Shown here one piece after another: positions 10,750-20,078 of a DNA stretch of 64,000 nt. The DNA comes from Bryobacteraceae bacterium. GTDB lineage: Bacteria > Acidobacteriota > Terriglobia > Bryobacterales > Bryobacteraceae. A program made the position numbers and the translations under genes. Each line of letters starts with the position of its first letter. The first letter of the stretch is position 1. Under the pieces are notes generated by a model. That model saw nothing but the letters and a program-made list of their open reading frames with translations, made no database searches and was not told where the DNA came from. The stretch lies in contig CAVQOO010000068.1 of assembly GCA_963714395.1 (NCBI GenBank), forward strand, positions 18,728 through 82,727. Reading direction: 5' to 3'.

Positions 10750-11934
10750 TCAAAGAACGGGCTCCGTTCCCTCCTGAAGGATCGCCAAGTACGCGTCATA
10801 GACAAACAGCCGGTGCCGCTGTCGGCCGGTGATCTCCCGCAGGATGCCGAGGCGGCGCATGTGCTCGAGCGACTTCGCCACGGTGGGAGCGGAGAGGCCG
10901 ATCTTCTGGGCGGTCGTGGGGATCGACACGACCGGGTTGCGCTGCATGTGCTGGAAGACGCGCAGCACCGACGCGGCCGGCCGGCCGAGGGTCTCAATTT
11001 GGCGGCGGTGCTCATCGAACAGCGCCACGATGCGGCGGGCGGCGGCGGCGGCCTGATCGGCGGTCTCGCGAACGCCGGTGAGAAAGAAGTCGAGCCAGGC
11101 CTCCCAGTCGCCTTTCGTGCGCACGCGTCCCAGCAAGTCGTAGTAGGCGGAGCGGTGCGTCTTAAAGTAGAGGCTCAGGTAGAGGATCGGCTCGCGGATG
11201 GCGTTCGCAGCGCAAAGCAGGAAAGTGATCAGCAGGCGGCCGAGGCGGCCGTTACCGTCCAGGAAGGGGTGGATCGTCTCGAACTGCACATGCACCAGGC
11301 CGGCTCTAATGAGCAGCGGAATGCCGGGCCTCTCTTCGTGCAGGAACCGTTCCAGCGCGCCCATGCAGTCCATCACCAACTCTGGCGGCGGGGGCACGAA
11401 GACCGCGTTTCCCGGGCGGCTGCCGCCGATCCAGTTCTGGCTGCGCCGAAACTCTCCGGGCTGTTTGCCGCTGCCGCGTCCCTTGGCGAGCAGGATCTCG
11501 TGGATCTCGCGGATGAGCCGGAGAGACATCGGAAACCCGCCGCGCATGCGCTCCAGGCCGTGCGTCATCGCGGCGACGTAGTTAGAGACCTCCTGGACAT
11601 CGTGAAGAGGGACGCCGGGCGCTTCGCCGTTCTCGAACAGCAGCAGGTCCGCCAGAGAGGACTGCGTGCCCTCAATCTGCGAGGAGAGCACCGCCTCCTT
11701 CCGGACGTAAGTGTAGATGAATAGCGAAAGGTCGGGCAACAGGGAGGCCAGCCCGTCCAGTCGGCCCAAAGCTTGATTGGCTTGCTCCAGAAGGAGTTGC
11801 AGGGAATCGAGGCGGACGGAGGGTTCGGCGGGAGCGGGGGCGGGACGAACGCGCGGAAGGACTCCTGCTCTAGCGCCCTCACGATGTATCGCCCAAGCCG
11901 AGGGTTGTCTCGGGCTTCCAAGGGAGATGCCCAT
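10750..11934 (-). CDS. Fic/DOC family protein (predicted AMPylator) with a C-terminal winged-HTH
   Basis: 394-aa intact ORF. Canonical Fic motif IHPFLDGNGRLGRLLITFLL. The N-terminal ...SQIEGTQSSLADLLLFE is typical of Fic. Confidence 0.85.
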   Translation of the reverse strand: MGISLGSPRQPSAWAIHREGARAGVLPRVRPAPAPAEPSVRLDSLQLLLEQANQALGRLDGLASLLPDLSLFIYTYVRKEAVLSSQIEGTQSSLADLLLFENGEAPGVPLHDVQEVSNYVAAMTHGLERMRGGFPMSLRLIREIHEILLAKGRGSGKQPGEFRRSQNWIGGSRPGNAVFVPPPPELVMDCMGALERFLHEERPGIPLLIRAGLVHVQFETIHPFLDGNGRLGRLLITFLLCAANAIREPILYLSLYFKTHRSAYYDLLGRVRTKGDWEAWLDFFLTGVRETADQAAAAARRIVALFDEHRRQIETLGRPAASVLRVFQHMQRNPVVSIPTTAQKIGLSAPTVAKSLEHMRRLGILREITGRQRHRLFVYDAYLAILQEGTEPVL

Positions 11935-12025
11935 CCTTTCGTCGGTTTGTATCTAACGAAAGGATACACGACTTTCGTTTTTCTGTGGCAGGTATCCCTA
12001 ACTCTATGAGGTAACGCAGATCCGC

Positions 12026-13411
12026 CTATATTCCAGCCAACGCGGCAAGCAGGGCGGCCAGCAGCTTGGGTTCCTGGTTAGGGGCAACAGTGCGGAGATC
12101 GATGAGGAGTGTATCGTCTTCGACGCGGGCGATGACGGGGGGAGACGAGGCCCGCAAGGCCCGTTCGAGGGCGGCGGCAGGCCCGCGCAGTGCAATGAGC
12201 ACAGATGAAAGGGATTGCGCGGGAGTAGAACCGCCGCCGATCAGAGACCGGCCATCACGGACCTCACAGGAGGACCCTCCCAGCTCGCAGGCAATGCGAT
12301 TGGCGCGATCTCGGAGGTGATCGACGCTCAAGCTCAGCATCCGGTGAACCGGGAGGGCTTCCACTTGTGAGAGGAGATGGAGGCGCAAACAGGTTTCCAT
12401 GGATTCGATAACGAGTTTGTCGACGCGCAGGGCTCGGAACATGGGGTTGCGGCGGAGACGCTCGACCAGGACAGGGTCGCCGGCAATGACGCCGGCTTGC
12501 GGGCCGCCGAGGAGTTTGTCGCCGCTGAAGCTGAGCAGGCTGACTCCAGCGGCGAGGCTGGCCTGGACCGTAGGCTCGTCGATGCCGAGGGCGGACAGAT
12601 CGGTGAGATTCCCGGAGCCAAGGTCTTCATAAAGGGGAATACCGGTTTCGCGGCTGAGCGCCACGAGTTCGTCGAGCGAGGGACGTGAGGTGAAGCCCTG
12701 GATGCGGAAGTTGCTGGGGTGGACCCGCATCAGCAATCGGGTTTGCGGAGTGATGGCGCGGCGATAGTCCTCGATGCTGGTGCGGTTGGTGGTGCCGACC
12801 TCGACAAGCTTGGCGCCGGAGCGCTGCATGATGTCGGGAATTCGGAAGCCGTCGCCGATCTCGATGAGCTCCCCGCGGCTGACGACGACTTCATCGCCCT
12901 GGCCGGCGAGTTCGTGCAGGGCAAGATAGACGGCGGCCGCACCGTTGTTGACCAGGATCGCGGGACGGCCCAGGAGACGCTCGAGAAGCCGTGCCGTGTG
13001 GCGGTCTCGCTTGCCGCGGCGGCCTGTTTCGAGGTCGTACTCGAGGTTGGTGTACCAGGAGCGGGGCGCGGCTTCGGACAGGGGAGCGCGGCCGAGATTG
13101 GTGTGCAGGATCACGCCGGTCGCATTGATCACCTCGACCAGGGAAGGGGCGGCGAGGGATTCGAGACCTGCGGCGGCGCGCGCGGCCAAGTCTCCGGCGG
13201 GGTGGCCGGCTCGGATGCGGTCGCGGGCTGCATCGATGGCGAGGCGGCACTCGGCAACGATCAGTTCACGCGGAAAGCGGTTCTCGAGATGCGCAAGCTG
13301 CCGGGCTAGCGCATCGACGGAGGGCAAACCGCGGAGATCGTTCGAATCGCTCACTTCAACGGGAACATCTTTCTGAGTTCGTCGAGCGGCGGGCGGCGGC
13401 CATACTCGCAC
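12026..13411 (-). CDS. selA: L-seryl-tRNA(Sec) selenium transferase
   Basis: 461-aa ORF. N-terminal LRGLPSVDALA and the PLP-lysine region FSGDKLLGGPQAGVIAG are characteristic of SelA. The upstream 61 nt overlap the preceding gene, so the true start may be internal. Confidence 0.8.
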   Translation of the reverse strand: MRVWPPPAARRTQKDVPVEVSDSNDLRGLPSVDALARQLAHLENRFPRELIVAECRLAIDAARDRIRAGHPAGDLAARAAAGLESLAAPSLVEVINATGVILHTNLGRAPLSEAAPRSWYTNLEYDLETGRRGKRDRHTARLLERLLGRPAILVNNGAAAVYLALHELAGQGDEVVVSRGELIEIGDGFRIPDIMQRSGAKLVEVGTTNRTSIEDYRRAITPQTRLLMRVHPSNFRIQGFTSRPSLDELVALSRETGIPLYEDLGSGNLTDLSALGIDEPTVQASLAAGVSLLSFSGDKLLGGPQAGVIAGDPVLVERLRRNPMFRALRVDKLVIESMETCLRLHLLSQVEALPVHRMLSLSVDHLRDRANRIACELGGSSCEVRDGRSLIGGGSTPAQSLSSVLIALRGPAAALERALRASSPPVIARVEDDTLLIDLRTVAPNQEPKLLAALLAALAGI

Positions 13412-14202
13412 AGCTCGAAGGTTTCGTACTCCTTGACACCGGCCGGCACATCAGGATGGCGCGTGCGGCGCTCACGGAAGCCTTCGAGCCATTTGCGGCG
13501 GGCGGCGACGTCCTTGGGGACTTCTTCGAGACGGTGGTCGACCCAGGGGAGCCACTCGTAGACCTGCGAGACGTGCGCGTCAAGGGCGTCGATCTTCTTC
13601 TCGAAGACGTCGTCGATGGGGACGATGATGTCGGCGCGGAATGGCGCTGGCTTCTGGAAGTTGTCCTCGTAATAGAGGAAGATCGGGTTGTTATCGAGGG
13701 CCGGCGTGTCGGCGGCAACGTTCGGGACGACGACCATGTAGGCTGCGTCCTGGACGAGGACGCCGGTGTAGCGGTGGTCGGGGTGATAGTCGTTGGGGCG
13801 GGGGGCGAAGACGATATCCGCTTTCCATTTGCGGATGGCGCGGATGATCTGGCGCCGGACTTCGAGGGTGGGCAGCAGCTCGCCGTCGTGGTTGTCGAGG
13901 ACTTCGTATTCCTGGATGCCGAGCCGGCGGGCGGACTCCTGGGTTTCGAGGAATCGGCGCTGGGCGAGGCGCGCGCCGCCGATTTCGTGGTGGCCCGCAT
14001 CGCCGTTGGTGACGGAGAGGAACTTGACGGCGTGTCCGTCGCGGGCGAACTTGGCGGCGGTGCCGCCGAACTTGATGTCGCAGTCGTCAGGGTGCGCGCC
14101 GATGGCGATGACACGCAGTTTTCCGGGATGAGCGGCGGGGGCCTGCGCTCGCACGAGAGCCCCGGAGAGAAACGATAAGACTGCCTGCCGCCGAGTGATC
14201 AT
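13351..14202 (-). CDS. PIG-L/LmbE family deacetylase with a signal peptide
   Basis: 283-aa ORF. VIAIGAHPDDCDIKFGGTAAKFARDGHAVKFLSVTNGDAGH matches the LmbE-like metal-binding motif. Confidence 0.75.
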   Translation of the reverse strand: MITRRQAVLSFLSGALVRAQAPAAHPGKLRVIAIGAHPDDCDIKFGGTAAKFARDGHAVKFLSVTNGDAGHHEIGGARLAQRRFLETQESARRLGIQEYEVLDNHDGELLPTLEVRRQIIRAIRKWKADIVFAPRPNDYHPDHRYTGVLVQDAAYMVVVPNVAADTPALDNNPIFLYYEDNFQKPAPFRADIIVPIDDVFEKKIDALDAHVSQVYEWLPWVDHRLEEVPKDVAARRKWLEGFRERRTRHPDVPAGVKEYETFELCEYGRRPPLDELRKMFPLK

Positions 14203-15351
14203 ACGCTACCGTAGAGGCCTTTCCAGGTGGTTTCTTTCTGAGTGTAGATCGCCGTGCGGCCCAGGATGGCAATCATCGTGGAGAGGGCGGAGCGCTCGCC
14301 GACGTTTTCGACTTCGCCGCGCTGGATGCGCTCGAGGAAGAGCTCGAAGGCGTCGATAGGTGATGTCGCGCTTGGCGTCGACCTTCTCCATTTCGTTCGG
14401 GCCCTTGTATGTGAATCATGCGCGGCGCGCGAGGTGGTGATGGTTCCCTTGGTTCCGGTGAACTCCTCGCCGACCTTGGCGTAGCCGCGCGGGGTTAACT
14501 GGTTGGCTTCGAAGTTGACGTGGATGCCATTGGGGAATTCGAAGCAGAGGGTGAGGTGATCCATGATGTCCATCGTGGTGCGGACCTTGCGGCCGCCATA
14601 GCCGACCGCGCGGATGGGCAGGCCGCCGAGGAACCAGTGGAGGACGTCGAAGTTGTGGCAGTCCTGCTCGACGATGAAGTCGCCGGAGAAGTCGCGATAG
14701 CAGAACCAGTTGCGGAGCTTGTCTGTCTTGGCGTCGGCGCCGGGATAGTCGCGGCGAGTGAAGGGGTCGTTGGCGATCCAGTAGCCGCGGGCGGCGGAGA
14801 GTGTGCCGATGTCGCCCGCCTGGAGCCGCTTGTAGGCGTCCAGATAGACGCGGCCGTAGCGCTGCTGGAAGCCGACGGAGAGCATCTTCTTCGGATCGTG
14901 CTTGCGGGCGGCGGCAATGACTTTGCGGCAGCCTTCGCAGGTCGACGCCCATGGGCTTCTCGCAATAGACGTGCTTCTTCGCGTTGACGGCGGCCTCGAG
15001 CATGCGCGGGTGCTCGAAGGGCGGCGTGGCGATGACCACCGCGTCGATGGAGGGGTTGGCCAGCAGCTTTTCGAAGTCCTTGTAGACGTCCGGTTTCTGA
15101 AGGCCGAGGGCGGCAGTCGCCTGCTCGATGCGGTCGTCGAAGGCGTCGCAGAGGGCGGTGATGCGGCCGCGGGGATCGGCGTGGGTGATCTTGGCGTCGA
15201 AGGTGCCGCGCCCGCCGCAGCCGATGAGGCCGACCGAGACTTTGGAGTTGGCCTGGCTGCCGCGCACAGCGGAAGGGGCGACGATCGAGAAGGCCGCGGC
15301 GGAAGAAGTGATCAGGCCGCGGCGGGTGAGTGCGCTGTCGGAGGGGTTCAT
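14199..15351 (-). CDS. Gfo/Idh/MocA-family oxidoreductase with a Tat signal, two frameshifts
   Basis: N-terminal part in ORF 14416..15351 (Tat-like RRGLITSSAAAF; VGLIGCGGRGTF...IDAVVIATPPFEHPRMLEAAVNAKKHVYCEKPMGVDL). C-terminal part in ORF 14199..14885 (...GYWIANDPF...). The frames differ. Confidence 0.65.
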
Positions 15352-15368
15352 GGGCCTTGGGCCCGATT

Positions 15369-16418
15369 CTATCGCAGGTGGCTGGATGAGGCGGATTCCG
15401 CTTCGCCCCGGCGGGCGGCCTCATGGGAATCGGAGTGGTCGCGGGCGCGGCGGTAGATTTCCTTGATCTCCGATCCTGTGAAGGCGAGGGCGACGGCCCC
15501 GGCTGCGAGCAGGGGGACTGTGACGGCAAAGAACATCATGCCGGAGACGAGCTTGGCTGTCTGCGCGTCGACGCCGAGGACCTTGTGGAGGGCGAGGTAG
15601 CAGAAGAAATGAAACACGCCGACGTTGCCGGGAGGACCGGGGACGACCGTGCCGAGACGAAGGACGACCAGGACGAGGGCGCCGGCGCCCCAGTGCAGGT
15701 TGAGGCCATAGCCGACGAGCATGGCGTGCAGGGGGATGATCTGGAGCGCCAGATAGACGGTGCTGAGCATCACCGCGGCCGGGAAACTACTGGAACGGCC
15801 CATGAGGTGGAGGCCCTCCACGAGCGAGCGGAGAACGTTCGACCAGCGATGACGTGTCACGGCGTGCTGGGCGAACTTCTTGTTCAGGACTGCGAAGATG
15901 ACCAACCCGCCGATGCTGGCAACGACAAAGGCGAGGATCCAGGCAGCGGTCTGGAGTTCACCGGGCATGGGGACGAACATCGCGGCAAGGATGAAGCCGG
16001 CGATGAGCCAGACGCCATCGATCAGGCGTTCGATGATGGCCGACGAGACGACGATGGGAAACGGGAGGCGGTTCCAGACGGCAAGCAGATAACAGCGGAT
16101 CAGCTCTCCGCTGCGCAAGGGCAGGACTTCATTGGCGAAGAGCCCAATGTAGATCGCCTGCACGCTCTTGCCGAGAGGAAGGTTCCCCAGGGGGGTGAGG
16201 AGCCGGTTCCAGCGCCAGGCCTGGGAGACATAGACGAGAACGTCGGCGGCAACCGCGAGGGCGATCCACGCCCAATGGATTCTGGCCAGGCGTGGGAGCT
16301 CGTTCTTCCAGTCGAAGTCGTGGTAGACCCACAGCAGACAGGCCAGTGAAAGCACATAGGCGAACACAGTGCCCCAAAAAGGGGAAGAGTTACGAGCGCC
16401 GTTCGCCGAAGTTGCCAT
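15369..16418 (-). CDS. flippase-like / lysylphosphatidylglycerol-synthase TM-region family membrane protein
   Basis: 349-aa intact polytopic ORF. Hydrophobic repeats with an RCYLL-like motif (GELIRCYLLAVW) are typical of the TIGR00374/UPF0104 family. Confidence 0.5.
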   Translation of the reverse strand: MATSANGARNSSPFWGTVFAYVLSLACLLWVYHDFDWKNELPRLARIHWAWIALAVAADVLVYVSQAWRWNRLLTPLGNLPLGKSVQAIYIGLFANEVLPLRSGELIRCYLLAVWNRLPFPIVVSSAIIERLIDGVWLIAGFILAAMFVPMPGELQTAAWILAFVVASIGGLVIFAVLNKKFAQHAVTRHRWSNVLRSLVEGLHLMGRSSSFPAAVMLSTVYLALQIIPLHAMLVGYGLNLHWGAGALVLVVLRLGTVVPGPPGNVGVFHFFCYLALHKVLGVDAQTAKLVSGMMFFAVTVPLLAAGAVALAFTGSEIKEIYRRARDHSDSHEAARRGEAESASSSHLR

Positions 16419-16710
16419 CTCTCCTCATCTTAATGTTCTGACGCGGCAGCGCGCGTGTCGGTTCAGAAACAACGCCGTGCAAGGAAAATGGTTCGCCATT
16501 GTCCCGGTACCGATGTTTCGCTCGGGAATGCCCGGCACCTGACCGGAGTCCCAGAAACTAAGTGGTTTGGGGGTGCTTTATGGCTTGGAACGTACATTCC
16601 GGCGGCGGCGGAAGGCTCCTCAGCTTTTCTTCCCATGCCCTCGGTACCGTTGGCAGACGCGCTCCTGGACCGTAGGGTTGAGAGGAACTCGGAGGAAAAG
16701 GAATTGTACT

Positions 16711-17379
16711 TCACGTACCAACTTGGACGATTGGCGATCGCGGCCCTTATCTGCGGCGGACTCGCCAGTGGGGTCGCCCCTGGCGATTGTCAGCAACGGC
16801 TCGATCGGTAGCCAGACCAACAACTCTTGCGAGGTGGCGGGAGTCAACAGCGGAAACTGCGATACACAAAACATCGACAAGCATCCCGCCTGGGCCAACC
16901 CATCGACGGGGTCGAACTGGGTTTCATTCGCCCAGACGGGGAACGATAACGGAGCCAGCTTCATTTCAAATGGAATAGACGTCGAGTTTTATCATCCCTT
17001 TGTGCTGCCAACGGATTGGGATGCGGCGGAGGGCTCCATCAGCGTCATGGGAGACGACACGGCGCAAGTGCGGTTGAACGGCGACGTGATCTACGATTTC
17101 GCGGAAAACAATGGCTATCCGACCTGCGCGCTCAATGGAATCGGATGCCTGGACCAGACCAAGCAGACCATCGATCTGACGCCGGAAATGTTCAATTACG
17201 GAGTCGGGAATTCGAACACCTTTACTTTTGTAGTGGCGCAGCGGGGCGGGGGCGGATACGGCTTGAACTATGCGGGTTCGGTGGATGGGTTCGCCACGCC
17301 CAATGAGGTTCCGGAACCCTCGACATACATGCTCATCGGAGCAGGTCTGATCGGGCTGTACCTGGCTCGCAGGAGCTAG
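16711..17379 (+). CDS. PEP-CTERM sorting-domain secreted protein, with a frameshift at the signal-peptide junction (~16780)
   Basis: The C-terminus VPEPSTYMLIGAGLIGLYLARRS is a canonical PEP-CTERM (PEP, TM helix, basic tail). A TTG/RBS at 16711 gives signal peptide ...LAIAALICGGLASGVA in a different frame from the mature part. Confidence 0.7.
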   Translation, partial: SRTNLDDWRSRPLSAADSPVGSPLAIVSNGSIGSQTNNSCEVAGVNSGNCDTQNIDKHPAWANPSTGSNWVSFAQTGNDNGASFISNGIDVEFYHPFVLPTDWDAAEGSISVMGDDTAQVRLNGDVIYDFAENNGYPTCALNGIGCLDQTKQTIDLTPEMFNYGVGNSNTFTFVVAQRGGGGYGLNYAGSVDGFATPNEVPEPSTYMLIGAGLIGLYLARRS

Positions 17380-17514
17380 ATACATTCCCGTCAGGAGGAG
17401 ACGAACGGCGCGCCATGGCGGCGCGCCGTTTTCGTTGACACGGGGCGTTTCAAAACAACCGATTCCTTGGTACCCTGATCTAACTCAAGAAGTACAGATA
17501 AGGCAGGTACGGGT

Positions 17515-18837
17515 ATGCAAGCGGTTGGTCCAGTGCAGGCTGAGGAGCGGATTTCGTCGCTCGACACCGTGAGAGGATTCGCCCTGCTGGGGATTCTGTT
17601 GATGAACATCGTCGGGTTCGGGCTGGCGTCAGCGTACGATGATCCGACGAACGCGGGCGGGGCAACCGGGGTGAACCTTTGGACCTGGATCGTGATGCAC
17701 GTTCTGGCCGAAGGCAAGATGCGCTGCCTGTTCTCGATGGTGTTCGGCGCGGGAGTGGTCTTGTTGACTTCGCGCGCGGAGCAGCGTGGGGCGGCCGCTT
17801 CGTCGGCCGACATTTTCTACCGTCGAAACCTGTGGCTGCTGGTCTTTGGCGTGGCGCACGCGTTTCTGCTTTGGCACGGGGAGATTCTTTATCCCTACGC
17901 GTTGTGCGCGCTGGCGCTGTACCCGTTCCGGCAAGTGCAGCCGAAAACGCTGCTGCTGATCGGCGGGACGATGCTGTTGATCATCGCAGGGGCGAACATC
18001 TACTCGGGCTTCGAGCTAAGGCAGACGATCACTCAGGGAACGGCGGCGATACAGGCTGAAAAGAGCGGCGCCAAGTTGACCGGCGAGCAGGAGGAGGCCA
18101 AACAGAAGTGGGAGTCAGTGAGGAAGCACGCCAAGCCGACTGCGGAAGAAACGGAAAAGACCAACCGGCGGTGGCGGGGCAGTTTCATCGACGTGCTGAA
18201 GGTGCGAGCGGAGTCGGTGTGGCGCTGGCACAGCATGGCCTACTACCACTACTACAACCTCGATCTGTTCAGCATGATGTTTATCGGGATGGCTTTCTTC
18301 AAGCTGGGGATCTTCAGCGCTGCGCGTTCGATGAAGTTCTACGCGGTAATGGCGTGTGTGGGCTACCTGATCGGCTTGTCGGTGAATTCATACACGGCGT
18401 ATGTGCGCGTGTCGAACAACTTCGACCTGGTGGTGAACGCCTATTCGACGGTGACCTATGACATCGGGCGGCTTTCGATCGCGCTGGCGCATGTCGGCGT
18501 GCTGATGGTGCTGTTGAAGGCCGGTATTGTGCCCTGGTTGCTTCGTCCGCTTGCTGCGATTGGGCAGATGGCGCTGAGCAATTACCTGATGCACTCGGTG
18601 ATTTGCTCGACAATCTTCTGCGGGTACGGTTTCGCGATGTTCGGCCGGATGGAGCGGCACCAGTTGTACTTCGTGGTGGCGGGAATCTGGCTTGTGCAGA
18701 TGATTGTGAGCCCGATCTGGCTGCGGCACTTCCACTTTGGGCCGGCCGAGTGGGCATGGCGGTCGCTCACCTACTGGGAAAAGCAGCCGATGCGAAAGGC
18801 CGTACCGGGAACGGTTGCAGAGCCAGCGGTTGCGTAG
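17515..18837 (+). CDS. DUF418/YeiB-like polytopic membrane protein
   Basis: 440-aa intact ORF. N-terminal ...LDTVRGFALLGILLMNIVGFG... is typical of the DUF418/DUF1624 family. Assignment from memory. Confidence 0.45.
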   Translation: MQAVGPVQAEERISSLDTVRGFALLGILLMNIVGFGLASAYDDPTNAGGATGVNLWTWIVMHVLAEGKMRCLFSMVFGAGVVLLTSRAEQRGAAASSADIFYRRNLWLLVFGVAHAFLLWHGEILYPYALCALALYPFRQVQPKTLLLIGGTMLLIIAGANIYSGFELRQTITQGTAAIQAEKSGAKLTGEQEEAKQKWESVRKHAKPTAEETEKTNRRWRGSFIDVLKVRAESVWRWHSMAYYHYYNLDLFSMMFIGMAFFKLGIFSAARSMKFYAVMACVGYLIGLSVNSYTAYVRVSNNFDLVVNAYSTVTYDIGRLSIALAHVGVLMVLLKAGIVPWLLRPLAAIGQMALSNYLMHSVICSTIFCGYGFAMFGRMERHQLYFVVAGIWLVQMIVSPIWLRHFHFGPAEWAWRSLTYWEKQPMRKAVPGTVAEPAVA

Positions 18838-18876
18838 TGGCCGTAACCAATTGCAGACGGCTTCGTCTGAGGATCA

Positions 18877-19647
18877 ATGATGCGACGACGGGACTGGCTG
18901 GGAGCGCCTGCGGCTTTGGCCTTCAGGGCCGATGGGCCGCGGCCGGTGAGCGCGACTTTTCCAACTCAGGCGCCAGAGCTGGCGAAGGAAGTGGTAGGAG
19001 TTTCACACGGCAACTTTAAGCGGGTGAAAGAGTTGGTGGAGGCGCAGCCGACACTGGCCGAGGCGACCTGGGATTGGGGATTCGGCGACTGGGAGTCGGC
19101 ACTGGGAGGGGCATCGCACGTTGGGAACCGGGATATCGCGCTATATCTGATCGACAAAGGCGCGGCGCCGACGATATTTTCGGCGACGATGCTGGGTCAG
19201 GTGGAAGTGGTGCGAGCGTTGGTTACGGCGCAGCCGGGGATTCAGCGGCAGAAGGGGCCACACGGGATCACACTACTTTCTCACGCTCGAGCAGGCGGGG
19301 CGCAGGCGAAAGATGTGCTCGAATACTTGCAGTCATTGGGGGATGCCGATCAAAAGCCTCCTTTGGCTCCGATCTCAGACGAGGAGAAGGCAGCGATTGC
19401 CGGAGAGTATGCCTGGGGCGCCGGGAATGACGAGAGGTTCGTGGTCGCGCTGTCGAAGGGCCAACTGACGATCATGCGGCCCGGCGGAACTGGAACGGCG
19501 CGTAATCTCTTCCATTTGGGGGCTTTCGCCTTCTATCCTGCCGGGGCGGAAGCGGCGAAGGTCAGGTTTACTATGGCTTCAGGAAAGGGTGAGGCGCTGA
19601 GCATCCACGACCCCGAGCACGTCGTGTCCGCGAAGCGAGTCTCATAA
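18877..19647 (+). CDS. ankyrin-repeat protein with a Tat-like signal (RRRDWLGAPAALAF)
   Basis: Repeats of the form G.TPLH.A...G...V..LL..GA (for example GNRDIALYLIDKGAAP and GPHGITLLSHARAGGAQAKDVLEYL). Confidence 0.55.
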   Translation: MMRRRDWLGAPAALAFRADGPRPVSATFPTQAPELAKEVVGVSHGNFKRVKELVEAQPTLAEATWDWGFGDWESALGGASHVGNRDIALYLIDKGAAPTIFSATMLGQVEVVRALVTAQPGIQRQKGPHGITLLSHARAGGAQAKDVLEYLQSLGDADQKPPLAPISDEEKAAIAGEYAWGAGNDERFVVALSKGQLTIMRPGGTGTARNLFHLGAFAFYPAGAEAAKVRFTMASGKGEALSIHDPEHVVSAKRVS

Positions 19648-19657
19648 GCATTGAAGA

Positions 19658-20032
19658 TCAGTTGCGAGTAGCGCTCCAGGTCATCTCGCCGCCTTCGGGC
19701 ATCTCGACCGCGGTGGAACTCCCCTTCATCGACTTACCCTCAATCTTGGCGGTCATCTTGTAAGTCATGGAGCCGCCTTCGGGGCGATTGCGCTTGACGG
19801 TGAACTTCAGGGTGTCGCCTTCCACTGTGCCTTCCGTAATTTCGAGAACGCGACTGCCTTCGAAGGTGAACTTGCCCGTGAGTTTGCCGTCTTCCACCTT
19901 GAGGGACATGGCAGCCGTGACCTCGCCCTGAGGCGTGTCCATTTTGTAGTTCCACTCACCGGTGACTAAGTCTTCCGCCACTGCGGCGAAGGAACACGCC
20001 AGGAACACTACGAGGAGTATGGTGCGGTGCAT
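19658..20032 (-). CDS. small secreted hypothetical protein
   Basis: MHRTILLVVFLACSFAAVA signal peptide followed by a Lys/Thr/Glu-rich beta-rich sequence. No recognisable family. Confidence 0.35.
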   Translation of the reverse strand: MHRTILLVVFLACSFAAVAEDLVTGEWNYKMDTPQGEVTAAMSLKVEDGKLTGKFTFEGSRVLEITEGTVEGDTLKFTVKRNRPEGGSMTYKMTAKIEGKSMKGSSTAVEMPEGGEMTWSATRN

Positions 20033-20078
20033 GGATGGGTGATGCTGTCGATTTGACGGCAGACTCACCAATCGGCGG

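Noticed and set aside
9978-11015. A 345-aa minus-strand ORF spanning the tRNA-Ala gene
   Set aside because: This is a read-through artefact. The real gene is the HD-domain protein ending near 10570, and the rest overlaps the tRNA and the Fic gene's antisense strand.
10654-11934. Calling a tRNA-associated genomic island / mobile element
   Set aside because: No integrase, recombinase, attachment-site duplication or compositional break is visible. It is kept only as a low-interest observation.
12026-13411. A 61-nt overlap between selA and the PIG-L gene as a programmed overlap
   Set aside because: This is more simply explained by selA starting at an internal start codon. No evidence of coupling can be read from the sequence.
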